DNA of 64,000 bases from Macrostomum lignano (taxonomy: Eukaryota), in contig NIVC01002018.1 of assembly GCA_002269645.1 (NCBI GenBank), forward strand, positions 62,001 to 126,000, read 5' to 3'. Shown here piece after piece: positions 1-12,547 of this stretch (within the stretch, counting starts at the first letter, position 1; every line of letters begins with the position of its first letter). The notes beneath the pieces were generated by a model that made no database searches, had not been told where the DNA came from, and saw nothing but the letters and a program-made list of their open reading frames with translations. Position numbers and translations under genes: made by a program.

Positions 1-470
1 AAGCCTGCACTACATTTGAGCCTCAGAAGCTCCAGAATAGGTGTGTTTATAATTTATTAAGGCTTTAATCTGTTGAATCTACATATTAAAAGTGTTTATG
101 CCAAATTTGCAGCCTACTCAACTCTGTACAGATTATCTGCTTTATAAAGCATCCAAACTGCAGGATACAAGGCATGGTCTGCTACTTTATCGAGACTAGA
201 AGGCAGTGGTTGAAATAACTGAAACTTTATTCATTTTGAATACAATGCAACATTGCGTATTGCCGATACTTTCCACGTAGATATAGCGTAGAATTAGAAT
301 TATCATTCTAAGTCCAACCAGTCCAGATTTATGAGTATTTAAAGTTTAGTTGCAATGCAAACATGCAAGGACCACTGGACCATGCAGCAGTCCTTGGCCT
401 CACATTTGTCTCAGCCAGTTGGAGTCCACTGAACAAAGTAAGGGTAGCCCGATGCCATGGCCCTGCTCAC

Positions 471-3400
471 CTGGCGATGGCCGGGATGAACTCCTGGGTG
501 GTCAGCGGCCGATGCTGCAGCGCGGCCAGCCGCCTAGGTGTAAGAACCTCCTCGCAGCACAGCTTGATGTGCCCGATGGTGTTGCCGTCCGTGGCTTTTG
601 CCAGGGCGCTGATGTCCAGCAGCTGCCCGCCGGGGCCTCCGTGACGAGCCAGAGCTCTGCGCCAAACCACTGCGAAGGAATTTTAAAGATTGATAAAACG
701 AATAAATCAATTTGTGCCATCTTTAAGATTTTTAGACACATCAAATGTACGCAAGATACAAAATAATAGAATCATCTACTCGTATCTACATATAAAAATG
801 AAAACTGTGTGTGTGTGCGTGTACAAATTACTTCGCTATGGACTCCCAAACCGCTCAACCAAATTACACCAAATTTTGCACCCACCCTAAATTCACTACA
901 GAAAGTGTCATAGGCTACCTTAAAATTTCCTATACTCAAGTTTTCCTACCTAAAAGTGCAAAAAACTGCTCAAAATGCGCGATTTGTTTTCACTAAATCC
1001 TCCATAGCGCCGCTCCACTTTTATTAATTGTCTTCAAATTTGACACAATAAATTTTCAACTATTTTGACACAATCGTGTAAAATTTTGAGTCTTAAAGTT
1101 AATCCTGAACAGCGCTGTGCACTTTTAAATTTAGTCTGCTTTTTGTCAGCGTATCAACCACCCGACCCCTGCTTGATACGAGACTCGCCCTTGGTAAATA
1201 AGCTGCCCAGACTCGCTCCAATCTTAATTAAAGCCAGTTCCGTAGACTTCGGGTTTTTCCGCTCTCGGACCTCTTTCCAAAAATGTTCTAAAATCTAGAA
1301 TCCAATCGTAAAGCTTTTTCCGTAGACTAGGGGACTCTAGATCTTGTCGGCTGGGGTCTCCCTCAGAAGTTTCACACAGACAAGCCAACCGCAGATAGCC
1401 ATAGACAACAGAATTTACTTTGGTTTCAAGTGCAAGCAATTTGGGCCAAGACCGACCCAAATGTGCATAAATTTCCCTCCTTTGGAATTCGTTTACTCGT
1501 ACCGCATCAATTGCCATTTTTATAAACCCTCAAAGCGGATTGTAGAACCGCCGTTACAACATGGATAAATTGTCGGGCTTACAGCAGCTGCTTTGTCTTT
1601 ACAGAATTGAGAGTTTGAAAAGGAATGTCACAATTTGAGAACATGATAGATGCTCAGATACATACGAGTAGAGAAGTTTGTGGTTAGAATTTTTCTGCAT
1701 CCTGACTAAAGAAGGCAGGATCCGCGGTAGAGCATGACAGGTCCTATTATTATTTAGGATTTTCCGACAAGATTAACCAGCTAGCTATAAGATCAGCACT
1801 AACTCTAAATTAGAACAGAAAATTGCTACTTCTCCGGCTGTCATTTCGGAGAATCGATGACCGATCGCGGGTGCACACAATTCATCGCGTTTTTTACTCA
1901 CAATGTCTGGACGCGTAGTCCGGTCTGGGGATTAGCAGGATGCGCTGGTAGAGAGCGCAGAACGGCTTCTGTTCCGCCTCCCAGGGAGTTCGAGACGTCC
2001 CTATTAGAAGAATTCGATCTTCGGCCTTGATGTTTTTCATTGCCTTGGGCAGCTCCTTCTTCAGGCGCTTCGGGTCCGGCTGGCGGGTGAAAGTGTAAGG
2101 AATGTAATCAGTGAGGGAATGTAATCAGTGAGGGAATGTAATCAGTGAGGGAATGTAATGTGTAAGGTAATGTAATGTGTGAGGGAATGTAATCAGTGAG
2201 GAAATGTAATCGGTGAGGGAATGTAATCAGTTAGGGAATGTAATCAGTGAGGGAATGTAATCAGTGAGGGAAGGTAATGTGTGGGGGAATGCAATTAATG
2301 AGTGAATGTAATCAGTGAGGGTGTAATGTGTGAGGGAATGTAATGTGTGAGGGAATGTAATCAGTGAGGGAATGTAATGTGTGAGGGAATGTAATCAGTG
2401 AGGGTATGTAAAATCAGATAATGTAAATTGAACAGAATATAAACTGTAAGGAAAATACATAGCGGGGAATAATGAAGATTACTACTACATGAAACATCAG
2501 ATTTGCTGCCGATAAAAGAAGAGAAAAATGTTGCAGACAGCGTGGTTACCGCTTCAGAGAAGAGAGCCGACCCAGATCTTCTTTCCGAAGTTCGTCGGTA
2601 CTGCGGCGATAGGGAGGAGTTTCTTAGACATATCGCAGCAGGACAAATGCTTCATTGCTGGCCTGCCAGACACCGCAAGTTAAGCTAAATAAGAAGGCTG
2701 CTGCCATGACACTCACCGCTTCTCCCTTAGGTGCCTTCTTACGGAACATCATGTCGCAGTCTTCGATGAACAGCACACTCGGCTGAAGCGCCTTGCCGAC
2801 CTTCACGAGAAGTTTGGAGGGACCAATTTGTAGCGAGACTTTAGTCAAGTCTGTAGCGGCACAGGTGACTGAGAAGCATCATAATTGAGCAATTAGTAAT
2901 TTTGTGGGGAGGGTGGTTGTAGTCTAGTGGTTAGAGCGTCTGACTCACAACTGGGAGGCCGGGGGTTCGATTCCGATACTACTGGAGCAATTTGTGTCCT
3001 TGAGAAAGACACTTAACTCTGAATTTCTTCAGCTCACCCAGCTGTAAAATGGGTGCCAGCATTAGCTGGGGTGATTGAGGGTGCGTATGGCGACCCCCCA
3101 GTCCTTGGACTGAACAGCCGTACGCAGCCTTCAGATGCGCCGCGCAATAGCTGCGGCTGAGCTGTCGGTCGCACATCAGAACTGCCCAAGACATCTACTT
3201 TAGCTCCTATCCTTGGGCTCCTTGAGGTCTCTTGTCGGTTTTTCCCATTAATTTACCTCGAGCTCCGTTCGGAACATTTTGAAGCAAGTTACCAGTCTCC
3301 AATCAAAGACACCAGCCACAACCTGTACACCCTGTGGGAGCGTGTGTACGAGTGCGCGCCTGCGTGCAGTATTTGCGCGCTTGCATCTGCTCAGGAGTCA

Positions 3401-6400
3401 GCGGAATGAGCAGAATCGCCTCAGCACTGATTGCTTCAGAGTCGCACCGCAACCCACCTTGAACACCAGGTGCATGAGCCGCCTCAGGCCGTCCTTGCCC
3501 GGATACCGCCCGGCCAGATTCTCCGCCGAAAGGTCAATCAGGTTCGCTCCGGTCTCCGTGCACACCGCGTCAACCAGCATCCGCTTGCCGACACCGCCAG
3601 GTCCGGCCAGCAGCAGGCTCTTCACTAGCGGCGCGCTCCGGTGCACCACCTCGGAGCCGAGTGGCAGGCAGGCCAGTTCCGTGACGGTTCGACGAACGTC
3701 GGCCAGTGACGGCATCGGCTCAATGTTGGCCTGCTTAAGCGTGGTGCCCAGGTAGTTGTACTCGCCCTCGTAGTCGCTGATTAGTACTCGAGGCACCTGT
3801 CAGTTTTGTTTGTTGCAGAGGAAGTTGGTGCGACTCCAAACTTGTGACACTGACGCTTCATGTTCAAATTGACGATTTGACTTTTAAATTTTAGTGAATC
3901 ACTACTGTAATTGTTGAATTCCTTCTGACAGTTGTGAATCACTTCTGACATTTGTGAATCCCTTTTGACAGTTGTGAATAACTACTGAAATTTTTGAATC
4001 AGTTTTTGACATTTGTAACTCACTAATCTCAGACAGTTTGGTTTTAATCTAGTTATTTTATACTATAGTGGAGAAATTTCACTACACATTTGCATCATAC
4101 TACTTATTTTAGCATGTCAGTAGTTAAAAAAGCACAAAACTGCACCTTTTTAATAATTCCATTAGAAACGAGCTCCTCGTACAGCGACTCGATGGTTGCT
4201 TCCGGCGTCAGGTCCTTCTCTTTCTTGCCCTTGCGGCCCTTTTTGCCTGCAGATTTCTTGCCTGGGAATTTCGGCGATTTAAAGGGTGTTACAGCGTGTG
4301 TTACAGCGCGTGTTGCAGCGTGTGTTACAGCGTGTGATACAGCGTGTGTTACAGCGTGTGTTGCAGCGTGTGTTACAGCGTGTGTTACAGCGTGTGTTAC
4401 AGCGTGTGTTACAGCGTGTGTTACAGCGTGTGTTACAGCGTGTGTTACAGCGTGTGTTACAGCGTGTGTTACAGCGTGTGTTACAGCGTGTGTTACAGCG
4501 TGTGTTACAGCGTGTGTTACAGCGTGTGTTGCAGCGTGTGTTACAGCGTGTGTTACAGCGTGTGTTGCAGCGTGTGTTACAGCGTGTGTTACAGCGTGTG
4601 TTACAGCGTATGTTACAGCGTGTGTTACAGCGTGTGTTACAGCGTGTGTTACAGCGTGTGTTACCGCGTGTGTTACAGCGTGTGTTACAGCGTGTGTTAC
4701 AGCGTGTGTTACAGCGCGTGTTGCAGCGTGTGTTACAGCGTGTGTTACAGCGTGTGTTACAGCGCGTGTTGCAGCGTGTGTTACAGCGTGTGTTACAGCG
4801 TGTGTTACAGCGGCCCTAATTTCACCATAACTCGAAATCTGACACCTCAGCTGGATGTCGAACTCACCCTTCTTAGTCTTCTTCTTTTTCTTCCCCGACT
4901 TTTTGATCTTCTTTCTCACTTTCTCTTTGTCGATGGCCATTTTTAGTCCGCGCAGCTCCTGCCGCATCAGCTCGTCGACCTGGACTCGAACCTCGCGCTC
5001 AACTTCGATGCGCTTCTCCTCCTTGATTAGCTCGGGGTCGAAGCGCTGCTGGAAGTTGTCCGTCTCGTCTCGGTGTCTCCAGATTCCTGAGAAGTCGAAG
5101 TTGTTTTTGAGCTTTCTCGCCCCTAACTACTCGCTCACAATGGAGCTTAAAGTAGAGGCTGAGCACAGCATCCTCATAGATGCAGCATAGTTAAAGCACT
5201 GTTGCTGCAGACACGACAGAGCCAAGGACTACTCCAGTAGAAGGATTGGAAGCCTCACTTCTTGAAAATTTTTAGGAGGCTGGGTTTTTTTCGAAGAAAA
5301 TACACTACGGAGATAGGAGGTTTTCATTCATTTCAGCACAAATATTGTTATTGCTTTCGAAAGCTCTATGAATATCAATAGAGCAATAAGAAAGGCACAA
5401 CATATCAAAATATGAACACTGGATCTGCCTCCTATCAAAAGCAATAACAGTTTTTGTGCTGAAAAAATGCAAAGCTCCTATCTCCGTAGCGTATATACGA
5501 GTATTTCGGTAAAACCTGCCTCCAAGTATTTCTACTTGAGTAGTCCTTGGACAGAGCGTGGCATACACTTTCAATGCACTTTTAGTTTAAGTATTTGACC
5601 ACATTAGTTAGCTGCTGAGCGCTCACGTTCGTACTCCTGAGAAGCCTTGCCAATGTCCGCGGTGAACTTTGACTCTTTAAGCTTCAATCCTTCGTCGCCA
5701 TCCTGAAGTCAGGCAAAAGAAAGTTTTCCATTCGAAGAATTCTTTGACAGCGGCGTCAATTGACATACAATACTCATTTATATGGGAAGTTTATGGTTTA
5801 CAATCGGTCAAACAGTGCATTTAAAACCGGGCTGCACACCTGTCCCAAAGATACTAGAATAACTAGATGGGCCACTCAGCACATTTGCGTGTAAACTACT
5901 TTCAGTTCAGTAGTAAGTTAAACAGAAGCATTTTAATGTATTTTTAAAGCCAAGGCTCATTTATTGGCTCTTCCCCAAGCCTAAACCCTCCAACCGCGCC
6001 TTTCCACACTACCCACCGCCCCAGTGGCGCATCAAGTGACGTCATACGATGGAGATTTCAAGTGACGTCATGTAATGGCGATATATAGCGATACCATTCA
6101 TAGCAAGTGACGTCATTCCATAGCAATATGAAGTTACGTCATGCCATAGTGGTGTTAAGTGATTTCATGCGACAGCAGTAACTAACGACGTTATTTTTGG
6201 TAATATAGTGCTTAAAAGCAACTTAGCGAATAAAGTTAAGCAATAAAGTATTTAAGTGAGAGTTTTTTAAACAAAAACTTCACCGGTGTTAAGAGCAGTT
6301 AAAACAGATTCTCTCACGTCGTCTCCTTTGCCTCGCTTCCCGCCCTTGGCCGCTCCGCCGCTTTTCTTCGCGCCTTTGCCGCCGCCTTTCCTGGCGCCTT

Positions 6401-9400
6401 CGCGGCCTCCGCCACTGCCGACGGAAGCTTCGCCCAACCTGCTCTCTTTGTTGTCGTCCTGGATTTGTTAAAATGAAATATGAGCCGCGTGTTAATTAGG
6501 TCACTACAACTATTGATATTCGCAGTTCATTGACTGAGAACGACAAGATTCACAGCAAACTTTGGCTTTCACATTTAGTAGTCCTAAGTTGACTTGAAGC
6601 CACATTTTTATCCTCAATATCCCACGGGACTTATTTAAAACAAACCTTCTTGTTGATCTCATTTTCCAGGTCAGCCAGGGATTTCTGCTTGAACAGCTCG
6701 GCGCTTCCTTGCTCCCCTTCCGGGTAGTCGGGAAATTTCCCCGTAGCGTCTCGGCACTCGATGAACCACTGGCGAATCTGGGCCTGCATCGTCTCCTGCA
6801 TGTCGGGGCCCTCCGTCTCCATTAGCTGGTTGCGGATGCTGACCAGAGCCTGTTCGAATTCCTGCCGATGAGCCGCTTGAGTCGCTCGCCTCTCCTCCTG
6901 CGCCTTCGCGTGAGCAACTTGAGCTGCGGACTTCTGGCTGGTGAGGAACTGCGCTGGCGGAGTCTGAGGAGGGGCGGTGGCTGCTGCTCAAGTGGGTCTG
7001 CTACTAAAAGTCTCCTGGGAGTGATCGAACTGTGAAACATGATCAAGCTGAGACACTTCAGAGTTGATCAAACTCTTCTGAATTGATGAAACTGAGACAC
7101 TCTGATCAAACTCTTCTGAATTGATCAAACTGAGACACTCTGACCAAACTCTTCTGAATTGATCAAACTGAGACACTCTGACCAAACTCTTCTGAATTGA
7201 TCAAACTGAGACACTCTGACCAAACTCTTCTGAATTGATCAAACTGAGGCACTCTGATCAAACCTTTCTGAATTGATCAAACCGAGGCACTCTGATCAAA
7301 CTCTTCTGAATTGATCAGACTGAGACACTCTGACCAAACTCTTCTGAATTGATCAAACTGAGGCACTCTGATCAAACCTTTCTGAATTGATCAAACTGAG
7401 GCACTCTGATCAAACTCTACTGAATTGATCAGACTGAGGCACTCTGATCAAACCTTTCTGAATTGATCAAACTGAGGCACTCTGATCAAACTCTTCTGAA
7501 TTGATCAGACTGAGGCACTTCAGAGTTGATCAAACTCTTCTGAATTGATCAAACTGAGGTACTCTGATCAAACTCTTCTGAATTGATCAAACTGAGGCAC
7601 TCTGATCAAACTCTTCTGAATTGATCAGACTGAGGCACTTCAGAGTTGATCAAACTCTTCTGAATTGATCAAACTGAGGTACTCTGATCAAACTCTTCTG
7701 AATTGATCAAACTGAGGCACTCTGATCAAACTCTTCTGAATTGATCAGACTGAGGCACTTCAGAGTTGATCAAACTCTTCTGAATTGATCAAACTGAGGT
7801 ACTCTGATCAAACTCTTCTGAACTTATTTATAGCAAATCGTCAAATATAATTAAATAAATTATGGTGATCACTTGCCTAAAACAGGCACATTATTATCCA
7901 TCATAGAAATATGCTTCCGTGCAAATCAGTGATCAGTGATTTTTGCGGTAAGTATCAATTGTAAAGTAGAGAAAAAACTTCTGACTCAGTGAACGCATTG
8001 AGGCAGTTCAGCTCTCAATAAAAGCAATTGACTCAAAATAAAGTTACGCTCGAAACTACAGTGAACCGTGACAATTATTTTGAATTTGAAGTAAAAAGTG
8101 AAGCTTCATTTCCCGTTTTATTGATTTATTGTCGCATTAAAACAAGCAAATGTGCTCAGTAAAACAACAGCGAGAACTTTAAAATAGTATAAAAAGTATA
8201 GCTACCATGCCAACAAAGGTCATTTCTTCTTCGCATTCTCGTTGAGAAAATTTCCTGGTGCAGAAACCTTTCCAGTACTGCAGGAGCGGACAGATTGCAC
8301 AATTGACGATTGGTTGGAAGACGCAGAAGAATTTTTTGATAGAAAAAAGGTCAAATAAAAGTTCAATCTAAATTCTGGTAAATAAACGTTAGTAAGTTAG
8401 TGCCAAAAGGCCTTAAAATTGTTTGAACCGACTGCATGGCTTAAATGCTTTTGATTCGGCCGAAATTTAGGCCCAAAAATGCTCAGTTTCAGTCCAATCC
8501 GAATGCACCTTTTGAATTCGCACGGCCGCCTCGTGCTCAGAGATCTGCGGCGCCTCCCTGGCCGCTCGCATCCTGGACTTCAATTCTCTCTGCCGAATTT
8601 CTCGCATAAATTTGGCCCTCAACCGGCCTTGCCGGGCACGCTCGTGCACCCTGATGAGGCGTACAGCCTCTTCCACTGTCATTCCGGACTCTGAAGACAG
8701 CTTAGCGGGATCGCTCTGGCCGATTCTTTCTAGAACGCGGGCCATCAGCTCCTGGCGGGAGCGAAGCGTTTTTTCCTGCTCCAGGACGAAGTACTTTGGG
8801 ATCGGCATCTCTACGTCGTTCTGCGAGGTAGTTGTTTGGTAAATTGGAGCATTTATAAAGGAGTTAAGTTGAGGTGTGAAAGAGCTAGGCTTGTCGAGGG
8901 GAGTGAGAGACTGTACATTGGGGTTAGAGAGACTGCATATTGGGCTTTGAAAGAATGTACATTACGGTTAGAGGGACTGTACAATGGGGTTAGAGAGACT
9001 CTACATTAGGGCTAGAGAGTGTACATTGGGGATAGAGAGATTGTACATTGAGATGAGAGAGACTGAACATTGGGGTTAGAGAGACTGTACATTTGGGTTA
9101 GAGAGACTGTACATATAGGTTAGAAAGACTACATTGGGGTTAGAGAGACTGGACATTAGGGCTAGAAAGACTGTACATTGGGGTTAGAGAGACTGTACAT
9201 TGGGGTCAGAGAGACTGAACATTGTGGTGTGTGTGTGTGTGTTAGGGAGACTGTAGATTTGGAGTTAGGGAGACTGTAGATTAGGGGTTAGAGTGACTGT
9301 ACATTGAGATTAGAGAGACTGAACATTGGGGTTAGAGAGACTAAACATTGGAGTTAGAGAGACTGTATATTGGGGTTAGAGAGACTGAACAGTGGGGTTA

Positions 9401-10626
9401 GAGACACTGTACATTAGGGCTAGAAAGACTGTACATAGGGGTTAGAGAGACTGAACATTAGGGTTAGAAAGATTGTACATATGGGTTAGAGAGACTGTAC
9501 ATCGGGGTTAGAGAGACTGAACATTGGGGTTCGAGAGACTGTACATTGAGATTAGAGAGACTGAACATTGGGGTCAGAGAGACTGAACATTGGGGTCAGA
9601 GAGACTGTACATTGGGGTTAAATAGACTGTACATTGGGGTTAGAGAGGGGGCTAGGTCAAAGTGGAAAGTTTCTGCAGATTTTTTTCAAGGCCAATTAGT
9701 GAACACACAAATCTTACTGGTGTGAGCTTCAAATCCGATAGAATGTCGTCAAAAAAGTGGTACTCCAAGCATTCGAGGTCCACCATTTCCTGTTTGAGCT
9801 CCAGAAGCCGACCAAGGACTCCATCCAGAACATTTCTCAGAACGATTCGCTTTTGCGGATGGACAATCTGGTCGTAGCACGTCTCCAGCTTGCGCAAGAT
9901 CTGAATGTACTTTATGTACATGGATGCTATCAGCTGAAAGAAGGCTACCTTGTCCTGAAAGTTATGTTGAATTGCATTAAATTTATCTGGATCGTATGAA
10001 AATTTGACAGTTGTTTTACTGTAATTAAGAGTTAACCTTTTCTGGCTTCTGATTTGTTGATGGCTTCTCACTCTCGAGAAGATCCACCAGCCCATTCTGG
10101 GCTTCCTGCCATTCTCTGTTGTAGGTTCTGTAACAGTGTGAGTAGAAAATTTTAAATCAGTATCTTTAAAAATGCAATTTAATGTGGTAAAAAATAACTG
10201 GCTTAAACAATAAATCAAAACACAAAAATCTTTACATGTTTGCAACAGAATAATAATTTATTATCATGCTCAGACAATTAAGAAATGACAACACTTTACT
10301 AAATTAAACTTATTTAAATACCAGGAAAATATGTGGTAGTTGGTAAATACTTGACTGATATAAATTAAATGCATATTTTATAAGTGCAATAAATAACTTG
10401 AGAAATCAAAATTTACTACTGTAAAAAATATTAATTCAAGAAAATTATTGATATACTTATCCAAGAAAATACTGATTTTCTAATCAAATAGGCTAGAAGT
10501 AAATATTTCCCCCAGCCCAGCGCATATATTTTGAATAATTGTAAACCACAATTAAAATAAAAGAATTCAGAGATGTATAGTTTAAAGCTATATGCCATTA
10601 AACAGCAAAACTTACATGTGAGACAT
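471..10626 (-). CDS. IQCA1: IQ and AAA domain-containing protein 1 (dynein regulatory complex subunit 11); 14 exons visible, 3' end lies beyond the left edge
   Basis: Manually spliced with GT-AG at every junction and consistent phases. Exons: 10616-10626 (ATGTCTCACAT), 10037-10127, 9718-9954, 8509-8820, 8206-8277, 6646-6963, 6318-6458, 5627-5702, 4868-5086, 4146-4246, 3458-3796, 2717-2800, 1902-2079, 471-669. Protein has [10 protein letters not shown], an IQ-like [31 protein letters not shown], Walker A GPGGVGK, and PRPDYASR, as recalled for IQCA1/DRC11. Confidence 0.93.
785..1340 (+). mobile_element. Possible non-autonomous Helitron-like element 5' part in the last visible IQCA1 intron
   Basis: A|TCTACATATAAAAATGAAAACTGTGTGTG at 785 resembles the 5' ends of the Helitron family at 18008/28913/46235, followed by a similar 'gctcaaccaaatt...caaattttgcac' segment. 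No clear hairpin-CTAG 3' end was found, so the right boundary is a guess. Confidence 0.35.
2101..2405. repeat. 17-bp minisatellite (GAGGGAATGTAATCAGT)n, intronic
   Basis: Direct tandem repeat read from the sequence. Confidence 0.9.
2906..3180 (+). mobile_element. tRNA-derived SINE, copy 1
   Basis: A box TAGTCTAGTGG and B box GGTTCGATTCC, then GTGTCCTTGAGAAAGACACTTAAC...CACCCAGCTGTAAAATGGGT resembling conserved SINE core domains. A second diverged copy is inverted at 14693-14962. Confidence 0.8.
3290..3445 (+). repeat. Unclassified ~170-bp dispersed repeat, copy 1
   Basis: Core CTGTACACCCTGTG..GCGTGTG...GCGCGCTTG.ATCTG..GGAGTCAGCGGAATG.GCA recurs in reverse orientation at about 52455-52650, 54900-55060 and 55790-55970. 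Confidence 0.6.
4285..4811. repeat. 12-bp minisatellite (GCGTGTGTTACA)n, intronic
   Basis: About 43 near-perfect units inside intron 4247-4867. Confidence 0.95.
7055..7822. repeat. 38-bp minisatellite with TGATCA palindromes, intronic
   Basis: Unit AAACTCTTCTGAATTGATCAAACTGAGACACTCTGATC, with occasional longer variants containing CTTCAGAGTTGATC. Confidence 0.9.
8905..9646. repeat. 22-bp minisatellite (GGGGTTAGAGAGACTGTACATT)n, intronic
   Basis: Degenerate tandem repeat filling most of intron 8821-9717. Confidence 0.9.
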
Positions 10627-12547
10627 GCGGATGGAAAAAAATATTCTGTACGCTTCGTCGTCGTCAATTCAAAACAAGTAATAGATAAATGGGAAATCAA
10701 ATCCAATTTAACGATTAGTTTATCGCGGACACGACAACTGGTAAACTATACAAGTATCCTATTTTGAAAATTCACATGCATTGCTATTTATTTACCTAGA
10801 TACGTTTAGTAAAGTTGACAGTGTAATTTTTTACCAACTAGAAATAAAAAAACATATTTTAATAATGCTAAAATTATTTTTTTTTCAAAATTCTCGTTGT
10901 AAATATACATCAAGAAAAAGTTTTTGTTTTATTGCATACATAAAAGTATATTCATGCGCAATTGGTAACCATAGGCGAATGACGAAGACAGAACTTGGAG
11001 GACAGCGAGCACAAAGCAACGAGCAGGGGAGCAACCCCTGGCTTGTACGACGAATTATTTTTTTGAAATTAGGTAGTTAGACACGAGAACCAGAAAGTAC
11101 GAGAATGCATCATTTAAAAAATTGAGCTGGTGTGCGACACTGCAAACAGACAAAGCAGAAGTTGGAGGGGGGTTAAAATAGCTAGCAGGCTTGGCCGTCT
11201 CATTTTCTCAGAAAATTTACATGTAACACAGTTGTACTTGTGTACAGCTTTTAGCTGCATACAGTTGTATATATATAATGTACATGTACATGTAAACTAT
11301 ATGTACGTAGACCTAAATTCTGTAAAGCTTTCTCTCCATGGTCTCACTACTTTTTCAAGCGCTTCTATGGATTGTTGTACGTGAGGTACATACGGCTGCT
11401 CCGTTTTAATAAAACACTCAATTGCAATAAAAAACAGTTGAAATGTCTATGCAATGTGCATTTCAAGGACCACTGCATTTTATACGTAGTGTGTGTACAT
11501 GTAATGTTGGGAAATTTAATTCGTGACTATGGAATTTAATAATTAAAACAAAGGAATAGATTTGCATGTTATATACATGTAACTGTGCCGCATTAACGCC
11601 ATCGTGCATACTGTACAATTTTGCTGAAGCTCGCAAATTAAAAAAATGTAAAATAGCTAAAAGATTTAGCAGATTTTTATTTTTCACATCAAGCGCACCT
11701 TCTGCAAAAATCGTTAATAGCAAATACAAAAGCTATAATTTTCTGTCATTCTCACACTTGAACAAAAGTAACTAATATAGTACGTGCTGACTGTCAGCCA
11801 GTTGAGATTGGCAAGAGCAGCCCCTGGTCAGTTAGAACGAGTTTCCTTCTCAGCGCAGCATCGCCTTCAAGAGCCTCAAATAAGTGTTCGTGAGCACCTT
11901 TTATAGGCAAACATCGCTTGAGACTCTTGTCTGTATAGATAAAATTTCATTCTCTTCTGTGCAGAAGATTTCCAAATGGACTCGGGAGCAGAGACGGAGC
12001 GAGCGAATGTCTACTACGAAGCAATTAACCAGAGGTGCATTCCACTAGCCATTATCTATCTTCTGTTGGAGCAGAAGATATATGCTTGCTTGAGCTCTCC
12101 TGCCCCCCACCCTGCCACTCACTTTAGCCAGAGTTTTGTCTCGCCCAAGAGCGTTCTTCCAACGTCTCTTGACTACATGTAGTTTGCACGCAAGAATCGT
12201 CTACACAACTGTACGCACGAGACAAGATCGTGCTACAGCCACACAAGCGAGCACTCAGTTATAGTGTAGGAGTTTTATACCGCATTTGGTAATCTCCAGA
12301 CCTGGCAATCTGGTCCTGCAAACAATGCACATTCGATTCGCCACCGTACATTTGCGAGTGCATTCGTACAATAAAACGAAAAACAAAAGGCGACGCGAAT
12401 TGGCAGGCGACGGTAACGCATCATAAAAAAATGTCCACCTTCCTGAGCAAAGCAAATAAGTTTCTCTAAACAGCTCTGCTTGCTTCTGGTGCAAAGTAGA
12501 GGAGGATCTTCCAAACACGATTGAACTACGGTCATTGGTAGCTACTA

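Noticed and set aside
4090-4967. Long ORFs with AVTH, VLQR, VTAC or CYSV repeats
   Set aside because: Artefacts of the stop-free 12-bp intronic satellite. The true IQCA1 exons flank it with proper splice sites.
11780-12520. Possible integrase remnant (GRDKTLAKV) or non-coding exons upstream of IQCA1
   Set aside because: The motif is isolated and the Cys-like segment lies on the wrong side of it. All frames of the apparent exon contain stops. Not supportable.
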